A DNA stretch of 64,000 nucleotides from Fimbriosthenelais zetlandica. Taxonomy: Eukaryota. The position numbers and the translations under genes are program-made. Below, piece by piece: positions 36,301 to 47,945 of this stretch. The stretch is taken from contig OZ365115.1 in NCBI GenBank assembly GCA_977030845.1, positions 29,884,001 through 29,948,000 on the forward strand, read 5' to 3'. The notes below the pieces were generated by a model. The model saw nothing but the letters and a program-made list of their open reading frames with translations, was not told the origin of the DNA and did no database searches. The stretch's first letter is position 1, and each line of letters begins with the position of its first letter.

Positions 36301-39300
36301 CCCGGCTGTCATCGCCTTACTTGCCCGGCCTGGGTTTGGGATGGTGAAGTCCGGTGGATAGGTGATCGATTGCTTTCCCTCGTGATCGGAGCCTATACCA
36401 TTAGGAGGGGCTCATGGGCAGAGCCCACTGGCACACTCCCCCCACCCCCATCCCCACCCCCACCAGGCACAAAGACATCATAGAATACCAAAGATTACCT
36501 CCTCTATAACCCAGTCTACTCACAATTACTGCCCCTTGTGGGCCCCAACCCCGCACCCTTAGATCAACGCCCATTGTTCCCATCACTGCATTCAACGTCT
36601 GGGGAAATGGGTTCCTGGCCACGGTTTGGTTCCAAGGAAATTAGCTTCAGCCATTCGCTGTTACACTTAAAAGGGACATTCAGATTGGTGAATCTAGAAT
36701 AAGGCCGTTAAGTGATATAGGCTTGATAGTCATATGATAGCATGATGAATACCTGATTTTATGTCCACTTTATTGCAAAATAAAGATCAAATATTGGAAG
36801 TTTTTGATTTGAGATATTGTATCGTTCTTCCACTGGCTGTATTATTAGATCACAGCTTGGATATTTTCCGCACAAGCAGACCTGTTATAGTAATACCATC
36901 ATTCATTGCTTCATGCAGATCGCTCTCAGTCTAATTGCCCAAGCTCCTTCCAATGATACCATTAGTCCGGTTGTAGCAGATCTGATGAAAACTTCATCTC
37001 CAATTATTGCCACGTGATAACCTCCTCCCACTTCATGCTCCAGACTGCCAGACTCCATTTTAAGCAAGCCTATAGCTGAGTATGGCAACATATAGATATC
37101 CCATAGAAAACATGTCTGTAACAGGGAGGTAGTTTCCTCCTCTTATAACCTCCCCCAGGGCGGCATATTAAGTGTTTAGATGTAGCGCCAGGTGTTAGTG
37201 ACCAGGCCTGATGATTAATCCATGGCCTATTGAAGGATAGGCCAGGAAGCGAGCTGTCCTTGCTGCACCGCTCCCTCATAACACTCACCATCCTATACCC
37301 TCTGTCAAATTAACTTTAAAGCCACCCATCTTTTATGTGGTGGGTCTTTGGAGTTCTGCCCTGAACACAGGGTGACACAGAGTTTAGTTCCTCATGCTTG
37401 CTGACTGCAATCGCTCATTTCTGCAGAGGCTGAATATACACTATACTTCAGCTGAATGCTGATTCACTTCCTGCCTCTCCTCTTGGAATGCTTATCTGCA
37501 ACCGTTTCTTTATTAACAAGAAACAATCAAATTACATTATTAAAAAATAATATAAATGTCCAATATCATCACTTTTCTTGATCCTTTGGATCTTGAATCA
37601 ATTCTATGAACCATCCATCTGTTTCCTTTCCATACTGTAGTCTATTATTGTCATGCAATATTTTATTCATGCAAACCCATGCAACCCAGCAGGCTGGTAT
37701 GGATGAATGCACACGAATGTTCATTCAGTGATTCCTGCCAACTCAGCGAGATCTGGATTTATCATAACACAGATCTTGATGAGGCTCCCTACAGAGAAGC
37801 TCTTCTTGCTGTGAGGAAGGAGCTGGCCCTCACTCACATACTCCCTCCCCGTGAGCACATTGCATGCTATCACGGAGGAGGGAGTTAGCCAGCTTTTCTC
37901 CCCTCCAGTTAATTCCTCTTCTGATCAGAAGCTTTTTTCTTCCCACATTCAAGCAAGCTCCCCGCCCCCTTTCGTCTTTTGCTAATTACACTCCATTGCC
38001 TAAGGTCCTCCCAAAACTAAAGGTGGGAAAGACTTTGTGAACACGAGAAGAGTGAGGATGATATTCCTTGTTCTAACATCAATGTTAAATAAAAATGCGA
38101 TAACTGACATGCTCTTCAAGAGCTATGTTATAATCACTGAGTAAAGCTACAGATAAGTCCTTTTAACTTATTCTTTTACTGATTTTATATTACCAGATTG
38201 AGAAATCCTCTTGGCATTGACATGGCATGGTTCAAAGAACGGTGTCACCCACGGTGTATGGTGGCACGCCAGTATCTGATATCCTATACTAGAACACATA
38301 TATTTGTCTGCTCACTTAATCCTTAGTTCGGTGGGAAGTGTTAATATGTTGGCTCCTTACATGCCTGGCAATGACTATAATGTATGCCTGACTCCTCCTA
38401 CGGATCATACACCTCAATGGTGGGTATGAGGCCAAGGTATAATATCAATGAGATATGCCCCGGGCTCTACATGAATGTTGATAGACAAAAAAACTGACAA
38501 TGATTGATGTGACATCTGCAATATAAAAATAACTCACCCACTCAACAAGCAAAGGTGGAGCCGTTTTTTTCATGAAGTCTGAACAGTAAACTTGTATCGA
38601 TTCAAGATGAACTTTGATTCTGTCATATATTTTTCACCAAGTAAACGGGAGGACTAGCTCGGCGTGTTGATACAAGTAAATCAATCACTTCTCATCTGGC
38701 TGATGAAAAAATCCATGAATGGGTTGATCGGAATTCCGGGTGGGATTCCATCATAGAGGAGTGCCATTGGAATCGATCAATAATACCCCAACCCCGGCAC
38801 TTAGGCTAGCTTAAGACCACCTTCATTCTAATCCCACTCCAAATTACCAACCTTAAAATTGTCATATTTGTCTGTTATATTTTTTGTTTTAATTTCACAC
38901 TTACCCAACCCCCTTACTCCATTTGCCTAACCCAGTCACTTTGCATTGAATCGTACCATTATGGGATATCCCTTTCAATGCAAACCAATATTCTATTATC
39001 CATGAATCAGTTAATATTCTAGACATGCACTAGATTCATGGTCTTCTATGCCTGATCTTGATCTACTCAGAGCTGTATCACACACAAAACCTAGCACCGA
39101 ACCTAAATATTATCCATGATAAAACCTGGGTGATATCGACCAGGCAGGCGATTTAAAAAAGAATTAAAGATTTTAAAACTTCCCACAAAAAGGTGGCGTA
39201 GTCGTGCCTGAATGGAAGCATTGAGTAGTGGGATGGAGGGATCAATAAATCTTGGGTATAGATGCTAATGAATGAGAGGTAATTCAATGCCACTGTTCCA

Positions 39301-39990
39301 TTCACGATTGTTGGGCTAGAGTAGAGTTGTATGGCTTTTATAGTGGGCCGTTTTCCACACTAATCTAGGTATGTGTCTGCTATGAAACATTACGGAGAGA
39401 TTTCCTAATGGGTATTTGTTAAATATTGTCACTGAAAGTCTTTTGACAGCTGTCATCATAATTCTTGCAGTGGTGGTGGTGATTAATAAAATGACTTGAA
39501 AAGTGCCTATGTTGATCGTAATACATCGTATTGCTAAAGCCCAGTGGCTGAAACCTGTGAATACTTCACTTTATGTACTGTGTCTATGTCACATAATTAC
39601 TATCTGAATCTAGCTTGTTTAGTGCTGTCACTCCAAGGGTAATCACTTGATTGATTTTCTCCTATTTTAAATATTTTGTTTACAACATTTCTGTTCTGAT
39701 GATTGACTTTTCATTTACTAATTATGTTGTATTAATTATGTTGACTAATATCCTTATATATACTTGTGTGCACTTTAATTTTATTATTTTTCAAGGTTAT
39801 TTTTGTTGGTGAAAATTGAGATTTCATTCATGTGAATTCACTCATTATGTTTGCCAACTGATTTATTCCATCAAATTACAATGCCATTTTTAGTCTCCCT
39901 TTCATTTGAAGTCCACATTTGTTTTTGCGATATAATAAAAATTTCTAACGGTTCTGAACTTCATAACGATGTGTAATTTTGTACTGAATA

Positions 39991-40083
39991 TTTCCGTTTT
40001 CTTTTTTCCAGGTAAGTGATTGACGGGACTGATATTGCCCTAAGGTCTGGTAGATTTTTTAATACTTTGACACCCAGGTAGGT
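39991..40083 (+). other. Candidate recursive splice site (40011/40012) with a 66-nt cryptic RS-exon (40012-40077)
   Basis: TTTCCGTTTTCTTTTTTC-CAG|GTAAGT: a strong acceptor directly abutting a perfect donor. A second donor CAG|GTAGGT lies at 40077/40078, and there is an in-frame TGA at 40021-40023. Confidence 0.7.
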
Positions 40084-43000
40084 AGTCATCACGAACGTGG
40101 CCGTCCGCTACGTTAATCCTCAATCAACTCACCGCTTCTCTTTAATTGTGACACAAATTACTCGCTAATATTTGATAATTATGTGTCTCGGTGCCAAACA
40201 TTTCATGGATGGGAGCGAAGGCGAGTCATAATTTGTTGAGTGGAGGAAAAAAGAAGTCTGCTTGCAAACAGGGAAGTGGATAAGGAAAAAGTGGTTCATT
40301 CAAAAAAGATCCAGACATGCCACTCGTTCATGTAGTTGATTCAATATTCATTAAAAATACAGACTCGACCTAGTTCTTTTCATTCATGAATTGCGGCTGG
40401 CGGGTAAGTCGTTCCCATCCTGCAGATCAATACCCGCTAATTTTGTGTAGATCTTAAAAAAAAACCGCCGGATTTCAGTATGTTAGTGCTTAAAATTCCA
40501 GGAAGTTAAGTATGACAGGGAGAAATTTGATTTCTTTAATTCCTCGGTGGAACGGAAATGTTGATAAATTTGACCGAAATGTCTTGGGATTGTTTTTTGT
40601 CCTTCCAGCTCAGTCAATTTCATCACATTTCTTGGGCCATTTCCTCCTCAAAATCATGGAGGCCTCTCTTAAGTTTGACAGCACATCTCCTTTCATTTAA
40701 TATAAATAATACGATGACATGACTGAATAAGCAAGCTTTTCACATTAATGATTAAATGGCAAATTATGACCCTGTAAACATACGATTCAAGTCCAGATTT
40801 TATCTACTTTAAGTTGCCTTCCTCCCACCTCCAATACATTTCAGATGGCACTGGAAATATGTATGTAACAATCAGTCCTGTAATGACCAGAGACATATAT
40901 GATCGATTCAGGCTGATTCATGACATCAGATGAAGCGATCTCACACAACCATTATGCCCACCGTTTTACCCCACCAGTAAATGATGCAGCATCTTAGTTA
41001 TTTTCACACAATACCCACTCTCACGTCCCCAGTTCATACAGTCGCTCTCCATGTTCCCAGTGAAACGCCGGTCACTTTACTGTTAATGCAAGACAACTCT
41101 TTACTCCAAATACCAGCCTTCAACAGTTGGAGGCCTTTGGTGGGGAGACAGAGAGAGAGGAGGTGGTGGGCTATCTATTGCTGGGAGAGGAGTAAAAGAG
41201 ATGATAATGGCCGTAGGGCCAGCCCACCAGCCAGCCAGTGACTCGAGTGTTGGAATGAGCATATAACGAGCAGATCATTGTCCTAGATGGCGCCACACTG
41301 CTTCCGTCTGGGCAGCCAATAAAGGAACGATGTGCTGCTGAGGTGGGTCGGGGTGGGGGATGCTGATCCAGGGGCACAGTAGACTCCCCCCCACCTTGTG
41401 TTTGGAATACAGGTCCAAGCAATGGCTTTATAGCATCAGATGACTGCTCAGTATAAAATCCTTTTTGGTTCTTGATAAAAAAACAAAGATTCACAAACAC
41501 TTTTTTGGGTATTAATCTGAATATGGAGATTGGATTCATGAAATGGCTGGAAGGAAATATGAATGAATACCTATCAGCTTCAAAAAGATTATTCAGGTCT
41601 CAAACGATGGATATTTTCTGTCACCTAACTGCACTTCCCAAAATTTATAATTGAAGTTAAGTATAAAAATCGAAGTATCATATTCACATAGGTTTCTTCG
41701 TGAAGTAATAGCCATTAAACCATCAGCCATATCATTACCTCAGGGAATGAATACAATAGAAATATCACTCTATGCATTGGGAAATGTGAGTCTTATATAT
41801 AGTCTTTTCCCCGAGCTACTAGTACTACTGTTCAGATATCTGAAAATCTATTATATAGAGAGAGACTAACAGTCTATTCTTTTTATAGTAATACATATTG
41901 TGTTACTATATAAAAACCACCCTTGCTTCCTGTCAACTGGTAACGCCAGCTTGAAGGTCCATGGCATCTCTTTGAGCTCGTGTGATGTTTCTAAATCTGG
42001 ACGTTGTCAGGAAGTATTGTCAGACCTCTCGGGATCAGATGAGATCTGTGCTTACCTTAAACAAACCTACATTTACAAACACTGACACTGTGACAACTTA
42101 CATTTGGAGGTAGCTTGTACTAAAACAGCCTTCTGCCGAGAGAAAAAAATATCACAATGCTAACCTTGTGACCGATAAAAGCCTACGCCCTTTCTCTCGC
42201 AGTAATAAGCCTGGAGATGAAAGAAAAGCAAACAAAAAACTTGAAAGATCAATATGCTAAGAGAAAACAAAGCTGAATATGCTGAATACATTCCCTATTA
42301 ACTCCCCTTGAAATGTATTTATTTAAAGATCATGAGATAAATTGGCATATAAATTAATAGAAAAAGGCGATTTGTCAAGAAAATTTATCTGAAATACTTC
42401 TCATACTATGGGCCAAAGCATCCACCTATTCCTGTCATGGTAACAACCAGGAAGGAAAATAAAACATGTGCTTCAAGACCTTTCCAAAAAAAGAAGATTA
42501 CAACCTTACATTAATGTAATTTCCCTGATTGCTCTGATCTCCCCAGATCTGGGACAAGTGGAACACGTCTGAAGCTTGGCCACCGCTAAGAATGTTTCCT
42601 GGGCGACGAGGAGGTGCTCAGCGCGGCGCGGGAGAGCAGCTCTAAAGGCACAACTATAGGTTGACGGGTTAGACGTGAGACCGGCTTGTAGTAGTAGTAA
42701 ACTGTAGATGCTGGTGCTCATGGGATGTATTGGTATTTAGCTGTTCATCAATAGGGCACGCGCTGCTCTCTGCCTATAAAGGAACTCGCCTATAAGGCAT
42801 GGCCCTGTTGAAAGGCACTACTGCCTCAGCTCACGCCCATATAATGTTATAGATTAGATCCTGTATTACCAGAGAGTGGCCCGCCATATGTATGCTAGAT
42901 GGGCTTTGATTCCTCCGGTGCGACTACCCGATAAAAACAGCCATAGTGGAATATGGAGGTTATCGGTGTGTTTAGCTGCTGCTGCCCCCTCCTCCTCCTC

Positions 43001-46000
43001 CTCCTCATCCTCCACCATGTTCTTATAGGGCCTGCGTGACTTGGCATGTTTAAATGATCATGGTCGGTGAATACCCCCACGTGTGGAAGGCTTTGATCTC
43101 CGTGCATGATCAATCCAGGTTTAATCATCATCTCACTGAATATCATGACATGTTCCACATCCGGCAAGGCAACGTTAACCTTCGTTTACCACTGGGGTTC
43201 CATGTTAGCCATTCAAATAGATAGGCATGTGAGATGGGTTAATCATAATGTATTCAAATATGGCTCTAATGCCTGTATAAATATAAATTCTCCCTGCTCT
43301 ATTTTTGTATTTTTAACCAATGGCTCGAGTTATTAAACATGGGTGTATGAGTATTATGGAGTATGGGATAAGATGGAGGGATGGAGCTGGCGGACTATCC
43401 GTCATACATCTAACTGCCCTGGATGCCGCTCCTGGCCACTGTACCATAAACGTCCACACCTCCTGCTTGTGCAACATCCCTCAAGCTATGGCATTATCCC
43501 TGCTTCCCTTACACTTCAATCCCTTGATCCTTCACCCTATCCCCGCTAGCCACTGCCTCCCACCTGCCCACACTTAGGCTATAGGCAGAGCCTCAGACAT
43601 GCAGGGAGCTAGGCCTAAATATTATTTCGGCGTCTTAAATCATACCTGATGAAAATATTGGCAAGTGACATTTCTTATCTGAAACTACACGCGGTTGCCT
43701 TTTGATAAGCCAGTTAGCAGCACTGGGTGAAGGACAATGGCAATTTGATACCAGCATACACTAAAGTCAAACATTTTAGATAGAGAATCGTGTGCTATAA
43801 TATGTATACATGTATGCACCATAAGCTTGTGGTGGTGAAGTTTAAATTGTCACTAGTCATTCTGTAAGCTGGTACTTGTCATCCTCTGAGGACGGTACAG
43901 TCTAGCCCTGTAAGTGGATGGCATGGAAGGTGATGGTCTGCTTTAAATGATGGACACTGGAATGGAAGCTTCTAATCGTATTACTTCCCTACCTGAATAT
44001 ATGACTGGCCTGTTTCACAAAAAAAACTAAAGGCCCAGGCTGCTATTTAGCCAACTCCTCCATTGAAATGTATGGGAAAAATGGAAAGATTCTCCCTTAA
44101 AGGTCAAGAGTCCCTCCTTATCGTCGGTTCGGAGCAGTTATCAAATTGGCTCCTTGCTAGGAAACGTTGCTAATATTGCAAATGAGGATGGAACTCCTCT
44201 TTTGGGATAAATAGCTGGGTGCCCTAAGGGGGCAGACTGCCAATGTTATCTCCACTATGGTACTGGTACTACTGTAGATGAATGGTCTTTAAAATCATTT
44301 CTCTTTTTTCTTATCGTACGCTCCTTGCACCACCCCCTCTTCTGGACATTTGAGTATTACCTACAGATACGTATGAATTCATATGCTCCCAGCTGGGTAC
44401 CAATAGAGAAACAGGCCAGAAATGATGAAAAAATAAGTGGGAGGTTCTGACATAGGGTCTTTGTGTATGTAAAGGAGATGAAGATGATTTGGGTGGAGCA
44501 GATAATGACATTACTGGCTTGTAGCCTGCTTAGTGTATTCACCAAGGCTTCATGGGTAGAGAAAGAGCCCGACCCAACTCCCTAGACGGCCCACTGGGGG
44601 CTTAAAGGGGCAGCTATAGTACCGCAAGGATCATGGGCTTACTTTTCAACTGCAGAGATCTTTTTTTTTGTCTTGGAGGGGTGGGGGTTGGGGGTATATT
44701 GGCCAAATACATATTGGACAACGTGCCTTGTTGCAGGCTATATTGTTGCAAAAAATGTATTTTAATAGACGAAATTTATATAATTCTCATCGGAATTTTA
44801 AGTACATGAGATTTAATGATTTGTGCAAGAGTTGAATCTGAGAAACAGTTTTGTGCAACATTTGAATCTGAGAAATTACCGGCAGTTGTAATCCTCACGG
44901 ATCCTCAAGATGGGAGTAACATTAGGCAGCCTGCTGTCGGACCCCTACTCTCAGCTAGTATCGAGTATAGTCGGGGGAGCCGACTCTCTTAACTCCCAGC
45001 CTTCTTTCACACTACATGGCTTTACCAGACGAGGCCCGATATAGGGCCTGACTCCACTGATATAAGCTTTGAACTTATACAGCCCCGGGGATTATTATTC
45101 GATCCTATAGAAAAGGGGGACTTCTTTTGAGGGGAGGATGTCTTTGAAGTCACCACCCAAAAACGAAACATGAAAAATATTAAAATGTACCCGCCTCTGT
45201 CTACAACCTAGTTACCCCCCAGGGTATAACCTGTACATATAATATGCTGGCATATACTCTATTGGGAAACGTCGACAGGAATGTTTGAATGTTCCCTTGT
45301 GGAAATTGCGTTCAATAGTGTTGATCCAATTGGTATTTATTGGTAACATTTATGATCCCAGCTCAACTCTATTGCTGTATAGAAGTTAGAAATGTATATA
45401 AATTCACATATTTTGGGGAAGTCTTCAATTTCAATATTATCCCACATCTCTTTCATGTATACATATATGTGGATCAGTATAGGCCAGCCTAAGCCATCTA
45501 TTGTGGGCAGCAAAAGCCCAAGCTATAATACCCTTGCTCTTTTAGCAAACGTGAAGTTGAGCCAAAGGCAAAATGTATAGAGCTTTTGCCAGGCCAGATC
45601 CCAGTAAAGAAGAAGCGGGGAAGAGGAGCTCAGGCTTTGGGCTGTATAAATCTGGCAGCTTGGTGCATACAAGCCTCTCTAAGACAGAAACAGCCATTTA
45701 CATGTCCGCCGGGAAGCCACGGGATTTTCTTCTTTCTTTCCTCCAGAACCTCATCCTTACATATTGTCTGAGGAGTTGGGGGACTGGGAAGGTGTTCAGG
45801 AAAGGCGTAGGGATGGACACTTCATTTTATGAAGTTCGATTTCATCATAGTGCATAGTCTTTCTGTACGAGCCTTGTGGCTAAAAATAATATTAGCGAAA
45901 ACAAATCTCTGAAATCCTGACCCCCTGGACCTGTGAATAAAAACCAATAGATCTAAGTATGTCACGGGGCATTGATTCAGACAATTGTTCAGACAATTGA

Positions 46001-47212
46001 GAACCCCTGGACAACCTACCAAAGATAACCCCAGTGAAATAATGAATATATAGTGACACTGGGATGACATGACCCTATATAGATGGATCACCGGTTCCCT
46101 GGTGGACCGACTGTTCCCTCATCCTATTGTACCTGAGTTAGACTACCTGAGTCATACCCTGAACACCACTATACTACTTATATCTCCCCTTCCCCTATAG
46201 GCGAGGCCTGCACCCAGTGAACCCAGGTCCTACAAAGGATGAGCTCCTCACAAACTGCTCCTTCAATGGTTGTTAGTTCTCTCCTACAATTTACCTTCCC
46301 TCTTTTCTTTCCATTTCCTTTTCAACCCATATATATTCATCTTTCTCTGGTCTGACTGATTCTGTTATTCTTTGAATTCCACTGAGGCTGACTTTATCAC
46401 ATTGTTCAGTATATTGGTGTACATTTTACCTTAGTGAAGTCCATAATTGGTCCAGTTTATACGAATTCGTGAATACTGGAAAAGTCACATATCCACTGGC
46501 AGAGAATATCTCTCACCGCCGTTTAATTAGATCCCATACATTTCCCCTTAAAAACGAAATGTAAATTTTTTTTTACAAATCTCGTTGAAATTCCGTCCAT
46601 AAGGGTTTACCATGAAAGGAATTAATACTGGACTTCAGAAGTTTCTTTCTGTGGAGAGGGAGCCTGTCTGCCGTTGTTAATGGGGTCGTGTTTTGATAGA
46701 ACACTTTAATGCACCAGCCTATGCTCACGGCACTTCAACACCCATTTGTCTATTTGAGGACCATTGGTGAGCGCCTCTTGTCACGCCCTTTTACAGGTGT
46801 ATTTTTGATTAAACGGGGTCGGGGGGAGTAAATCAATGCCGGCTGTTTTTATGTCCTTGAGGAATTGGGCCTGCTTGTTTATGTTCTTTTGAGAAGGCGA
46901 GAACATTGGTGGTGGCGAGGTGATTGGGTGGCTGGCTGGCCAGCTAGATTGGAGGTGTCTTCCTGAATTGCCAGGCTTCTGCTTTTGAGAATAAACAGTA
47001 CCAGTTTCGGAGCCTATTTTGAACTCTGTTCATTTAATGAAAAAGATAAATTAGTCAAGAAATGATACATGACTATGCATCATATTTCAACTATTTGTTA
47101 CTTGCTTGATTAATTGTTTGCCAACCATTCCTCCTTTCATCACATTTATATTCTGGATCACGCTCCATTTTGGCAGCCCCTTTTGACGATGCCAAGACAC
47201 ATTTCTGCATGG

Positions 47213-47265
47213 AATCAAGACATTATGGGAACTTTTCCTAATGTAATCAAGACATTATGGGAACT
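47213..47265. repeat. 21-bp direct repeat pair (period 32)
   Basis: AATCAAGACATTATGGGAACT at 47213 and 47245. Confidence 0.9.
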
Positions 47266-47900
47266 ATATGACCTAAAAGTTAAACCTGGTTACTATTTGC
47301 GGATGATTATTTGTCTGGTCTGACATATATCACACCTGAGGAGGGAACGAGTGGTCTGCACCTGTCTGCTGGCAGGTAGAGGTTCAAGGCCAGCACCATT
47401 TGTCAAATTAGATACACACTCACTCTCTCAGGCTTGCTCTCAGATCTAGACATCCCTCAGTGTCTGGGTATATAGGGCTATCCACATTATGAGCTTTACC
47501 TGAATGAAACGAGCACTGCTTTAGTGCACCCCATTGAAGAAACATTAGGATAATAAGTATAGGCCTATATAAAGAAGGGGATTATTCCTCCCTTTGATTT
47601 CTTATATTTGCTCATCTCATTTTCTTCACATGAGTATGAGTTTCACCCAGGAGTGGCTTCACTCCATTTGAATTTATAGATTTTTTCCAAGTATGGCAGA
47701 TGAGGGAAGGCATATCTCACACCTTTCTAAACACACACTTAAATTTATTACATTATTTACAATTATTTCTTAATTTTAATTAAGAAGAATTAAAATTCTT
47801 CTTTTAATACACTGTCCTGTGAACAGCACATGTTTTGGATTTTACGGTATGAAAATAAGTTGTTATTGTATGAAGCAGTATAAGTAGAAGAGTGAGTAAA

Positions 47901-47945
47901 ATGGTGGTCTGTTGCATGGAGGACTCAGCCTCTGAATCAGAGCAG
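47901..47945 (+). CDS. Candidate alternative first coding exon of liprin-alpha (MVVCCMEDSASESEQ)
   Basis: AAAATGG start context, 15 codons with no stop, ending at a phase-0 CAG|GTGAGT donor, the same phase as the canonical exon. No homology or transcript support is available. Confidence 0.35.

Noticed and set aside
41280-41296. CTCF-like CCTAGATGGCGC
   Set aside because: Only a partial match to the core motif and a single occurrence.
33760-41791. Further ATG-to-GTGAGT phase-0 mini-ORFs (33760-33771 MLYF; 41747-41785)
   Set aside because: Weak exonic donor context; they show that such mini-ORFs arise by chance and were used to temper confidence in the other alternative-exon candidates.
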